Assembly: GCA_963836075.1 (NCBI GenBank)
Contig: CAWIIB010000009.1
Location: 2,048,001-2,112,000, forward strand
Direction of reading: 5' to 3'
DNA: 64,000 nt
From: an uncultured Acidobacteriota bacterium
GTDB taxonomy: Bacteria > Acidobacteriota > JAQAZP01
Shown piece after piece: positions 30,547-40,277 of the stretch (its first letter is position 1; the number at the start of each line of letters is the position of its first letter). A model generated the notes under the pieces. The model had not been told where the DNA came from and did not search any database. It saw only the letters and a program-made list of their open reading frames with translations. The translations under genes and the position numbers were made by a program.

Positions 30547-30614
30547 AATCGTTTATCGTATTCTTTTACTTACAGTTAGCATCGAATCTGCCGACTGTTT
30601 CACATGGCGCTCAG

Positions 30615-33344
30615 GTGATGAACTTCTGGCTCCCCCGCCGAGGGGAGGTTTTTCTCTCCGCCCGATTCCCTGCCGGTTCCACCGGCCGGTTTTCCCGCCC
30701 GGGGAATGCCCTCCTCCTTTCTTTGATCTACCTGCTGTTCAGCCTGGTCTGCCCCGGTCCGGCCCGGGGGGATGAACCGGTGATTTTCGCTTTCGGCGAC
30801 AGCATTACCGAGGGGTGGGACGCCGATACGGGCAGCGAGGAGGCTGGCGGCTACGTGACGATCCTCGATGAACTTCTGGACACCCAGGTGGAGGAGAGCG
30901 TGGTCTACAACTTCGGGGTGGGGGGCGAAACCACCGCTAACGGGCTGGCCCGCCTGCCCTTTATTCTCTCGTTCATCGGGGACCGGATCCTGATCATGTT
31001 CGGGACCAACGATATCAGCTGGGGGATTTCCATCAACACCGCCCTGTTCAACCTCGAACAGATGCTCAACATGTGTCTTGCCGACGGTACAGCGCCGATG
31101 ATTTCCACCATCATCCCGCGCCTCGATGACCCCCGGGACCCGGACAACGCCCTGGCCCAGCAACTCAATGCCGGCATCGCCCTGCTGGCTCAGCAGGACG
31201 GCGTGGAGTTCTGTGACAACTGGGAGGTTTTCTACAACTACCTGCCGTCCCTTCGTGCCCTCTACTCCGACCGGTTGCACCCCAATGCCCTGGGCTACCA
31301 GGTGATGGCCGAGACGTGGCTCGGGGCGCTGGGCCGGCTCTATCCGCCGCCGTTTGTCAATACCATTTCACCCACCGGCATGGTCAACGGGCTTCCGGTG
31401 CCGGTGAGCATCACCGGAGGCAACTTCCTGCCCGGAGCCGTGCCGCACCTCGACCAGACCGAGTTGGTGTTCGTGGTGGTACCCTCCAGCGGCACCATCA
31501 GCGCCACGGTGCCGGCGGAGCTGCCCCCCGGGGTCTACGACGTGGTGGTGCTCAACCCCGGCGGCGTCGCGGGCACGCTGGCCAACGGTTTTACCATCAC
31601 CAATTCGCCGCCTGAGATCTACTCCATCACCCCCGACACGCTGGAGGCCGGGCAACGGGCCCGGGTCACGGTCCAGGGGCGGTTCATCGAACCGGGAGCC
31701 CAGTTGAGCGCCGGTGTGTTCGGCTTCGATCAGGTGAACGTGATCAGCGATTCGACGTTGCGGGCCCTCACCCCGGACGACATCGCGGTGGGGACATACG
31801 ACGTCCGGCTGTCCAATCCCGACGGTCAGACGGACCTGCTGGCCAACAGTTTTACCGTGGTGGACACCGGGGAGCCGGAGATCGGCAACTACTATCCGGC
31901 ACCAGGGTCCAGCGGCGCCTCGCGGCGCACCGGGATCAGGTTCAACCTGCGTGACAGCGGTTCGGGGATCAACATCGGCTCGCTCAACATGGTGGTCAAC
32001 GGCTCCGCTGTCATTCCCACCTCGAGCGGCACGCCCGGCGACTACTTCGTCGAATACCAGCCGCCGACCCAGTACGCGTTCGGACAGACGGTCTCGGTGT
32101 CGGTGGGGGTCAATGACTTCAACCAGCCGACGCCCAACGCGCTGAGCGTTCTCTACAACTTCACCGTCACCGGGTCCGCGGACAGTGACGCCGACAACCT
32201 GCCCGACGGCTGGGAAACGGCCAACAGCCTCGACCCCGGCAACCCCCTGGGGCTGGACGGCACGGCGGGCGACCCGGACCGGGACCTGCTGGGCAATCTT
32301 GCCGAGTACAACGGCGGCAGCGATCCCACCTCTCCCTGGCAGGTGGTGACCGGGCCGGGGCCGGGGCCCGGCAGCCGGCCGCTGATCAGGCTCTGGGACA
32401 CCAGCGGCGTGCAGCTGGGCGGCGTGGAGTGGACGCCTTACGGGGGCGGCGACTGGGGTGCCGACGTGGCCGCCGGGGACATCGACGGAGACGGACGCCA
32501 CGAGGTGCTCACCGGTCCCGGCCCGGGGCCGATCTACGGGCCGCAGGTCCGCGGTTTCGAGGCCGATGGCACCCAGGTGCCGGGGGTCAACTTTTTTGCT
32601 TACGGGACCAACCGCTACGGTGTGCGGGTGACGGCCGGCGACGTTGACGGCGACGGCGTCGACGAGATCGTCACCGGGGCCGGGCCGGGCGAAGTGTTCG
32701 GCCCCCACGTCCGCGCCTTTGACGTTTCCGGAAGTCTGGTGCAGTCCCTGCCGGGGATCAATTTCTTCGCCTACGGCACGCTGAAATACGGGGTCAACGT
32801 GGCCTGCGGCGACCTGGACGGCGACGGCGTCGACGAGATTGTCACCGGGGCGGGCCCGGGGGCGGTGTTCGGCCCCCACGTGCGCGCCTTCTCTTACAAC
32901 GGAGCGGGGGTGAGTGCGGTGCCGGGGGTCAGTTACTTTGCCTACGGCACACTGAAATACGGGGTCAACGTGGCCTGCGGCGACCTGGATGGCGACGGCA
33001 TCGACGAGATCGTCACCGGGGCGGGTCCGGGGGTGGTGTTCGGGCCCCACGTGCGGGGCTGGAACGTGGACGGCCACGCCGCGGCTGCCATACCCGGGGT
33101 CAGTTTCTTTGCTTTCAGCACCGACACTTACGGAGTCAACGTGGCCTGCGGTGACGTGGACGGCGACCGCCGGGACGAGATCATCACCGGCACCGGCCCG
33201 GGCCCGACTTTTGCCGCCCAGGTGCGCGGCTGGAAACTTGACCACGGTTCGGTGCAGGAGATTCCGGGGATGAATTTCTTCGCCTACGACCCATTCGTCT
33301 ATACCTACGGGGCCCGGGTGGCCGCGGGGCATTTCTACTACTAG
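30615..33344 (+). CDS. Secreted SGNH/GDSL hydrolase with IPT/TIG and Ig-like domains and C-terminal FG-GAP-like repeat module
   Basis: FGDSITEG, GVGGETT, GTND, DRLHPN; two IPT-like domains; DSDADNLPDGWE Ca motif; GDxDGDG repeats. Confidence 0.9.
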   Translation: MMNFWLPRRGEVFLSARFPAGSTGRFSRPGNALLLSLIYLLFSLVCPGPARGDEPVIFAFGDSITEGWDADTGSEEAGGYVTILDELLDTQVEESVVYNFGVGGETTANGLARLPFILSFIGDRILIMFGTNDISWGISINTALFNLEQMLNMCLADGTAPMISTIIPRLDDPRDPDNALAQQLNAGIALLAQQDGVEFCDNWEVFYNYLPSLRALYSDRLHPNALGYQVMAETWLGALGRLYPPPFVNTISPTGMVNGLPVPVSITGGNFLPGAVPHLDQTELVFVVVPSSGTISATVPAELPPGVYDVVVLNPGGVAGTLANGFTITNSPPEIYSITPDTLEAGQRARVTVQGRFIEPGAQLSAGVFGFDQVNVISDSTLRALTPDDIAVGTYDVRLSNPDGQTDLLANSFTVVDTGEPEIGNYYPAPGSSGASRRTGIRFNLRDSGSGINIGSLNMVVNGSAVIPTSSGTPGDYFVEYQPPTQYAFGQTVSVSVGVNDFNQPTPNALSVLYNFTVTGSADSDADNLPDGWETANSLDPGNPLGLDGTAGDPDRDLLGNLAEYNGGSDPTSPWQVVTGPGPGPGSRPLIRLWDTSGVQLGGVEWTPYGGGDWGADVAAGDIDGDGRHEVLTGPGPGPIYGPQVRGFEADGTQVPGVNFFAYGTNRYGVRVTAGDVDGDGVDEIVTGAGPGEVFGPHVRAFDVSGSLVQSLPGINFFAYGTLKYGVNVACGDLDGDGVDEIVTGAGPGAVFGPHVRAFSYNGAGVSAVPGVSYFAYGTLKYGVNVACGDLDGDGIDEIVTGAGPGVVFGPHVRGWNVDGHAAAAIPGVSFFAFSTDTYGVNVACGDVDGDRRDEIITGTGPGPTFAAQVRGWKLDHGSVQEIPGMNFFAYDPFVYTYGARVAAGHFYY

Positions 33345-33357
33345 GAGGGCTGGGGTG

Positions 33358-34555
33358 ATGGTTTGCCAGCGCTATACTCGCGGCTGCGGATTCCGCTTTT
33401 CTCCAGAGGCGGTGGTCCTGCTGCTGACTCTGGCCAGCGGTCTGTTCTTCCCCTCCCCGGCGGCCGGAGAAAACGGGGGGCGGGCACCCCTGGTGGCCAC
33501 CGGCCCGGCCCTGGCGGTCCTCGCTGGCCCGGCTGGGCGCGACCTGGACGGTCTCCCCGGAACCGACGGCCTCTTTACGGCGTTTTACACCGGGACCGGG
33601 ACGGCCGCCGTCTCCGGACGGGTGGCCTGGGTCTCGGGCATCTCCGGGACTGGCGCCGCCGGTAAAACGGCCGGGCTTCTGCCCCCGGGACGGCCGGGGG
33701 AACTCCAGGCTTACGGCCCCACGGCCCTGCTGCTGCCCGGGGATTCGCGTCCCTCCGCCGCCTGGGTGGAACGCCAGGACGGCGGCTGCCGGCTGTTTCT
33801 CTCCCGGCCCGCCGGGGCCGCAGGCGGCTGGTCCCCGCCGGAGCAGGTGATTCCCCGGCCGGTGGACCTGGTGCGCTTTCTGCAACGGTGCCGGGTCCTG
33901 GCTGGTCTGGGTCGAGTCGCGCACCTTGAACGATGACATTGTGGCCTGCCACCGCGGCCCGCAGGGCTGGGATCAGCCGGTGGCGGTGAGCCTGCGCGAC
34001 GACAGCGAGGATCTCGCCCCCCGGGTGGCCATTCACCCGTCGGGGAATCCCTGGGTCGTCTGGGCCGGAGCCCGTGACGGAGGTCGGGACGAGATCTTCC
34101 TCAGCCGGCTGAAACAGGGGCAGTGGGTCAGGGAGCAGCTGGTCAGCCAGGAGGACGACACCCCGGACGTGCTGCCCGACCTGGCCATCTCTCCCCACGG
34201 GCTGGCCTGTGCCGTCTGGCTCGGCTATGCCCGGGAGACCCGGGATTACCGGGTCACCAGCTCTTTCTCCACCGGTGGTGAAACCTGGAGCGCCGAAGTC
34301 ATCCTGGGGCAGGGATCCTTTTCCCGTCCCCCGAGGGTGGTGCTGCTGGGCGACGGCCGTTTTCTGCTGGCCTGGTGCGACGGGGCCGGGGTCCTCTGGC
34401 ATGCCGAGCAGGATGGGGAGCGCTGGTCCGCCCCGGCAAAAGTGCTCCCTTGCGGCAGTGACCCCACAGCGCTGGACGAGGCGGCGCTGCTGCTGCTCCA
34501 CCGGTCGAATCGCGGTGACGGAATCCTGGTGGCGGTTCCCCTGCGGTTGCCCTGA
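33358..34555 (+). CDS. Exported hypothetical beta-propeller-like protein (apparent frameshift ~33870)
   Basis: Signal-like N-terminus; repeated P....WVVW/AVW....W motifs across two overlapping ORFs. Confidence 0.55.
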
Positions 34556-34711
34556 GACCGATTGCGGATCGGCATGCGGGCGGCCTTACGAACATTTTTG
34601 GCGGTTCAGCCGTAAATCAGACGTGCAGTCAGGTCCCCGGCCAGGTTCCCCTGGTCCCGGGTGTTGTCGCGTTCAGGACGGCCAGAACACCCTAGAGGAG
34701 GTGTTTCAGAC

Positions 34712-35050
34712 ATGGAAACCATTCGGATGAAGGAGAAGATTCAGGCACTTCTGGGCTACGTGGAGTTGTGCCGCCTCGGCAAGCGCAAGGTGGTCTTCTG
34801 GTCCTACACGGTCACCGCCATTGCCGTTATCACCACCGTGGCCCTCGCCTTTTTCGGGGTGGCCATGGTGGAGGTCTTTGTCGGCACCCTGGCCGTCGCC
34901 CTGCTGGCCGGGCTGCTGGGCTACACGGTGAGCAGGGATCACCGTCGCTGGCGCTACGTCTCCGGTGAGCTGCGGGGCTGGCTGGCCGAGACGGAACGGG
35001 AGCTGCAGGAAAAACCGGCATTGCGCGATCGTTCTGGGGGAAGCATATGA
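34712..35050 (+). CDS. Small 2-TM membrane protein (gene 1 of the AAA operon)
   Basis: GAGGAGG RBS; two hydrophobic helices; ATGA overlap with the next gene. Confidence 0.75.
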   Translation: METIRMKEKIQALLGYVELCRLGKRKVVFWSYTVTAIAVITTVALAFFGVAMVEVFVGTLAVALLAGLLGYTVSRDHRRWRYVSGELRGWLAETERELQEKPALRDRSGGSI

Positions 35051-36157
35051 AACAGACCAGGGAAACCGCGTCCAAAGAGGCCCGGGAAATTCAGGAAAAG
35101 GGCCAGGTGGTCACCGGGATGTTCAAGGGCGACGTGGAGAAGTTCAAGGAGGAGTACAGCAAGTCGGAGCAGGAGGCCAAGGTCAAGATCAATCTCGACC
35201 ACGTGATAGCCCAGAAAACCCAGATCGGGATGGAGATCCAGGCCTCGGTGGAGAAGATCGTCCAGAACCTCGACGAGGCCACCCGCAAGATCATCGAGAT
35301 CAAGGGCCTCAGCGCCTGGGAGAAGTTCCTCTCCATCTTTGGCGGCAGCGGCAAGAACGCCGCGGTGCGCCACCACCTCCGGCGGGTCAAGTCGCAGAAC
35401 ATCTCCGAGAACATCAACACCACCATCGACTTTTCCCGCTACTATGAACAGTCTCTGGGCATGCTCATCGAGGAGGGGACCCGCGAGCTGGGGGAACTGG
35501 TGGCCCTGCGGGACCGCCTGAACCAGGACTACACCACCTCGGTGCGCGAAGCCCAGGAGCGCAAGGCCCGGCTGGACGAGCTGGACGTAAAGCTGGAGGA
35601 GAAGGAGAAGGACCGCGAGAACGCACTGGTGGAGGACCGGGGGGCCATCGAGGCCGGGATCAACCGCCTGCAGGACCAGCGGCGTGAGCTGCATGACCAG
35701 TGGCAGCAGGCTTCGATTCGCGGCCGGCTGGCCCAGGAGAACTACGAGACGGCCAAGAACTACGTGGCCGCTTTCGACACCTCGACCAAGAACCTCAAGG
35801 CGATCCAGCTCAAGCTGCAGGTACTCGCTGGACCAGACCGCCGAGATCCTGCAGAAGACCATCTCGGTGTTCAAGCGGGCCGAGACGGTCAAGGGGTCGG
35901 GGGCGATGTTCGACGCCTACCGCCAGACCCTCGACTCGCTGCACAGGATCACCGGCGACGCGGTGGAAGCGATCTCCGCGGAGACCTCGCGGATCCTCGA
36001 CCAGCCGTTGAACGATCCCGCGACCCAGGAGGCCAAGCGCAAGCAGATCGAGGAGGCCACCGAGCAGTTCCGTGAAGCGCTGATCCGGAACTACGACCGC
36101 CTGATCGAGAAGAACCGCGAGGCCGCGGCCGCGGGTGACGGGCCGGACGAGGCGTAA
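35047..36157 (+). CDS. Long coiled-coil protein (~369 aa after removing one extra G at ~35821)
   Basis: E/K/Q/R-rich helical sequence; CTGCAG-G-TACTCG joins ORF 35047 to ORF 35684-36157. Confidence 0.8.
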
Positions 36158-36174
36158 CCGGCACCGGGGGAACC

Positions 36175-37182
36175 ATGGAAAACGTGCTGCCCATCGAGGG
36201 CTGCGAGATCAATCCCTACCTCGAGCAACTCTCCTCGGCCCTGCAGGCCCTGGAAAAGGGCCTGCGTGCGGCGGACGAGGAGGACGTGGCCGACTACTGC
36301 CGGCAGATTGGCGATACCCTGGTCTTCTTCCGCTTCAGCGATGAGGACCAGAAGGAGGGCATCGATTCCCGGCTGCGCATCGACCCCAGCGCGTCCGGGT
36401 TCCCCAACAGCCTCGAGTTCATCCGGCTCTTCCAGGAAAAGAGCCGGGCCGGTGAAGTGCTGGCCGAACTGCCGGCCCAGGAAGACCTGGCCTCAGCCGC
36501 GATGCAGAAAATACTCGCCGGTGAGTTCCCGCTCGGTGAACAGCAGTCCAAGGTCCGCCTCGACTACTACCGCCGCCTGCGCGACATGCCCATCGTCAGG
36601 GATTTCGAGGTGGTGCGGGTGCGCGAGAACGGGTCCGGTGACGGCTGCCGGCGCTACCACCTCCACTGGCGGGGTCTGGACCAGTCGAAGAACCTGTTCG
36701 TGGCCTACTCCCTGGAACTGGAGCAGGACAAGGATGACCAACCGCTGGGCCGCAAGCACGGCAGCTTCGAACTGTTCACCACCCTGGAGCAGAAGTTCGG
36801 TCTGGGAGCGGCGCACCTGCTGAAGAGTGTGGATGCCTTTTCCGCCATCCACCCCAAGGCGGTGAAGCGCCACGTCATCGGGCCCTTCTACTGCGACCGG
36901 ACGCACAACGCCGGACCGCTGGCGGAGGTCTTTCAGGACGCACCCCAGCCATGGCTGCTGCGCTACCGCTGCGAGTCGGTGGTCAGCGAAAAAACGCTGG
37001 AGATCAAGAAGTCGATGTTTCGCAAGCCCGACCGGATGGAGCTCTGCTCCGACGAGGCGGCGGAGAACTTTGCCTACTGCCCGAACCGCATCCGCCAGGA
37101 ACTGGGTGAGATGTTCATCAACGGCGGCGAGGAGAACTACCGGGTGGTGGGTGTGGACGAAGAAGGACAAATCATTGATTGA
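36175..37182 (+). CDS. Hypothetical protein (gene 3 of the AAA operon)
   Basis: 335-aa ORF, strong GC3 codon pattern, RHVIGPFY motif, overlaps the next gene. Confidence 0.8.
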   Translation: MENVLPIEGCEINPYLEQLSSALQALEKGLRAADEEDVADYCRQIGDTLVFFRFSDEDQKEGIDSRLRIDPSASGFPNSLEFIRLFQEKSRAGEVLAELPAQEDLASAAMQKILAGEFPLGEQQSKVRLDYYRRLRDMPIVRDFEVVRVRENGSGDGCRRYHLHWRGLDQSKNLFVAYSLELEQDKDDQPLGRKHGSFELFTTLEQKFGLGAAHLLKSVDAFSAIHPKAVKRHVIGPFYCDRTHNAGPLAEVFQDAPQPWLLRYRCESVVSEKTLEIKKSMFRKPDRMELCSDEAAENFAYCPNRIRQELGEMFINGGEENYRVVGVDEEGQIID

Positions 37183-38896
37183 CGCGGAAAAACTGCTTCC
37201 CGGAGATCTGGCCGAGCACCGGAAAAAGGTCAAGGAACGTTTGCGGAACTTTCGTATCGACCCGCTGACACTCGACCTCTACCGCCTGGTCCGCGAGATC
37301 GACGACCAGGACCCGGACCTGATGAGTGTGGAGGAGACCAGCACCCTGCTGGCCGTGGAGGAGGGGCTTTCAGCCTTTTACGCCCTCTTCGGGCAGTTGG
37401 AGAACCTGCTGGAGATCCCGGCGCTGCGGGCCGATGCCACGCGGGACCGCAAGCTGCTGGAGCACCGCCTGACCTTCGCCTCGCTCTATTCCCTGTTCGC
37501 CGCCTCCTCGATCATCGCCGGCCGCACCGCCACCATCCGCGAGGGGCTGCCCCGGGAGGAGGTCCGCTCCTGGCCGCTGGACCTGGAAAGCGTGGCCGTG
37601 GATGCCAACGAGATCAGAACCTTCAACAACGTGGTCTCCCGTTTCCTGGTGGACCTCTGCGAGAAGAAGCCCGACCGCTCCCGGGTGGTGACCAGCAGCG
37701 CCGACTTCGTCTGCCTGACCCACGATTTCTTCCGCCAGCTGGCCGAACGCTGCACCCGGCTGAGCCAGTCCTACCTCGAGCTGCGCCCGGCGGTGGAGAA
37801 CCGCCACTTCCTCTTTGACGGGGTGTCGGTCTCCGGGTTCACCCTGCAGATCGAGGAACCGGAGAGCGTGGCGGTTTCCGGGGAGACCTTCGACCAGATG
37901 GTGGGCAACCGCGAACTGAAGACATCGCTGCTGGGCGTGGCGGACAAGATCCTGCTCTACGACCCGCGCACCCGCCGCAACCCGGCCAAGGAACTGGGTG
38001 ATTTCGCACGCACCCTCCTGCTCTACGGCCGGCCGGGAACCGGCAAGACCATGGCCATCAGCGCCCTGATCCACCAGTTGACCGTCAGGGCCAGGGAACT
38101 GGACAAGCCGTTCCGGGCGGTGCTCATCGGCAGCGACGTCAAAGATAAATATTTCGGCGAGTCGGTGAAAAATTTGAAGCGCAAGCTGGCCGAACTGCAC
38201 CGCGGCGACCGGATCTGCCTGGTGGCCATCGAGGACATCGACCTGATGCTGGCCTCCCGTGACGACGTCAATGTCAACGCCGCGGACAAGGATCTGCTGC
38301 ACGAACTGATGAACAGCCTGGAGGGTGTGGCGTCCCGGGACCTGGGCAACGCGGTGATCGTGGCCACCACCAACGACATCAAGGGCATCGAGGGCGCCCT
38401 GGCCGAGCGGCTGCAGGAGAACCCGCTGGAGGTCAGGGGGCCGGAGACCGCCGAGGACTTCGTTGCCCTGTTTCGCATCAAGCTGCGCCGCGGCCTGCCT
38501 GAATCGGAGGGCGGGGTGGGTGGCTATGTCCAGGTGCCGGACAAGGGCAGCCGCCGCCGGCCCGGGTGGCGGGAGATCGGCCAGGCCTGCCTGGAGTTCG
38601 GCTTCACCGGCCGTCCGGTGAAGAACATCTCCAAGCGGCTGATGACCGTCGCCGGGGAGTTCCCCATGCCCGAGGATGTTTATGGCCTCGACGGGGACCA
38701 GTGTGTGGACCGTCTGCGCGGCCTCTACCGGCCCATCGATGGTGCCACGGTGATGGCCGAGGTGGAGCGCTACCGGACCCACAGCCTGGCCCACGAGGAA
38801 GCGATGCGGGAGGAGCGGGTCCGCTCGCGCAAGGAAAGCCTGATCAACGAACTCCGGGCCAGCCGTCTGGCCCAGGAAGAGCTGCGAAAGGAGTAG
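37175..38896 (+). CDS. AAA+ ATPase, classic clade-like
   Basis: Walker A GRPGTGKT, pore loop KYFGES, Walker B VAIEDID, sensor 1 ATTN, GALAERL; TTG start assumed. Confidence 0.9.
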   Translation: MIDAEKLLPGDLAEHRKKVKERLRNFRIDPLTLDLYRLVREIDDQDPDLMSVEETSTLLAVEEGLSAFYALFGQLENLLEIPALRADATRDRKLLEHRLTFASLYSLFAASSIIAGRTATIREGLPREEVRSWPLDLESVAVDANEIRTFNNVVSRFLVDLCEKKPDRSRVVTSSADFVCLTHDFFRQLAERCTRLSQSYLELRPAVENRHFLFDGVSVSGFTLQIEEPESVAVSGETFDQMVGNRELKTSLLGVADKILLYDPRTRRNPAKELGDFARTLLLYGRPGTGKTMAISALIHQLTVRARELDKPFRAVLIGSDVKDKYFGESVKNLKRKLAELHRGDRICLVAIEDIDLMLASRDDVNVNAADKDLLHELMNSLEGVASRDLGNAVIVATTNDIKGIEGALAERLQENPLEVRGPETAEDFVALFRIKLRRGLPESEGGVGGYVQVPDKGSRRRPGWREIGQACLEFGFTGRPVKNISKRLMTVAGEFPMPEDVYGLDGDQCVDRLRGLYRPIDGATVMAEVERYRTHSLAHEEAMREERVRSRKESLINELRASRLAQEELRKE

Positions 38897-38900
38897 CCCC

Positions 38901-40277
38901 GTGCCGGTGACCTTCCAGCATGCGGTGGACGGGCTGAAGCGCCTCTTCGGCCGCAGCCGGGCCTTCCACCAGCTGCTGTCGGCCAGCGCCGGCCTCTTCC
39001 CGGTGGACGGCGCCCTGGCCCGGCGCTACCGCACCCTGCTGCGCGAGGTGCTGGGAATGGAGTGCGACCTCCCCTCCTTCACGGTGGACCGCGGAGGCTG
39101 GAGCCCCGAGGTGGCGCGGCAGCTGGGTCCCGACTACCTGCGCACCGGCGACACCACGCGGCTGCTGATCGTGCTCTCACCGGACCAGGCCCGGGCCGCC
39201 GTGCAGCACTGCGGCAGCTCCTACGAGCGGCTGGTCCTCCAGCGGCTCTACGAGGAGGGGCGGAAGCTCATCGGCTTCCTGACCTTCAAGCACCTGCTCT
39301 GGGGGGAGCTGGACGACCGGGCGGGCCTGATGGAGCGGCCGGACGACCTGCTGCTGGTGGAGACGGTGCAGCTCAGCCTGGACACCCAGTCGCGGGACCT
39401 GGAGAAACTGGCCCTCTTCCACCGCCAGGCCGCCGAGCTGCTCCGCGGGGACGGTCTCAACCGGGACTCCTCGATCCATGCCATGCTCCACCTGCGTGAC
39501 GAACTGGTCCAGCGGCTGGGCGACCTGCGGTCCCTGGAGTTCGACGGGCCGGTCACCCTGCGCATGGGCGTCGGTTCGTTCCACAGCGACCTCTTTGGCG
39601 GCTGCTACGTGCTGCGCGACACCGAATCGTGCCTGGTCCACGGGGACGGGGTGAAGCCCCCCGGGGAGCTGGTCTCCTCCAGCTTCCCCTGTTTCCGCTA
39701 CGATGCCCCCGAGCTGGTGGACTACCTGCAGGAGAAGGGTTTCGTCGAACTGCGCAGCGACCTGGTGGAACAGCGGATCAGGGAGATGGAAAACGAGCTT
39801 CTGCTGCAGCAGGACCTCAACCCGGCCCGGCTCCATTTTGTCCAGCGCCGCTACTACCTCAAGCAGCTGCGCAGCCTCTTTCCGGCCAGCTACTACGAAC
39901 TGCGCGACCTGCTGAAGATCCGCTCGGAACGCAAACACCGCAAGCGCATGGGCGAGCTGATGGCCCGCTGCGCGCCGGCCACCCGGCTCAAGCTGGCCGC
40001 GCCTGTTCGCCAGCCGGCCTTTGTCAGCCGGCTGCTGGCCGAGATCGACCCCACCGACTGCTACCGGCTCTACCGCTACAACACCGCGCGCTTCGAGGAC
40101 GTCTTCGGCCGGGCCTCGGAGGCGCACAAGACCTACATCTACGAATCCCTGCTCCTGGCCATCACCTCCACCGGGCAGTACAACCCGGAGGCCAACGCCT
40201 TCCTCAGCCGCTTCGTCGAACTGAATCGCCGGCTGAAGGTGCGTTTCGCCGAAGAGGATCAGGGCGCTTCCAGGTAG
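38901..40277 (+). CDS. DUF6638-like protein
   Basis: RYRTLL...FTVDRGGWSPEVA..LG.DYL and FHSDLFGGCYV resemble my recollection of DUF6638 proteins (not searched). Confidence 0.6.
   Translation: MPVTFQHAVDGLKRLFGRSRAFHQLLSASAGLFPVDGALARRYRTLLREVLGMECDLPSFTVDRGGWSPEVARQLGPDYLRTGDTTRLLIVLSPDQARAAVQHCGSSYERLVLQRLYEEGRKLIGFLTFKHLLWGELDDRAGLMERPDDLLLVETVQLSLDTQSRDLEKLALFHRQAAELLRGDGLNRDSSIHAMLHLRDELVQRLGDLRSLEFDGPVTLRMGVGSFHSDLFGGCYVLRDTESCLVHGDGVKPPGELVSSSFPCFRYDAPELVDYLQEKGFVELRSDLVEQRIREMENELLLQQDLNPARLHFVQRRYYLKQLRSLFPASYYELRDLLKIRSERKHRKRMGELMARCAPATRLKLAAPVRQPAFVSRLLAEIDPTDCYRLYRYNTARFEDVFGRASEAHKTYIYESLLLAITSTGQYNPEANAFLSRFVELNRRLKVRFAEEDQGASR

Noticed and set aside
15354-33344. Repeats as a CRISPR array or DGR template/variable pair
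   Set aside because: They are in-frame coding repeats with a 171-nt period; no spacers, cas genes, reverse transcriptase or adenine-specific variation seen
39177-40259. Apparent 884-aa sulfatase extending antisense across the DUF6638-like gene
   Set aside because: Artefact of a frameshift near 40330; the true terminus LEELGYLEAP-stop is in another frame ending at 40259
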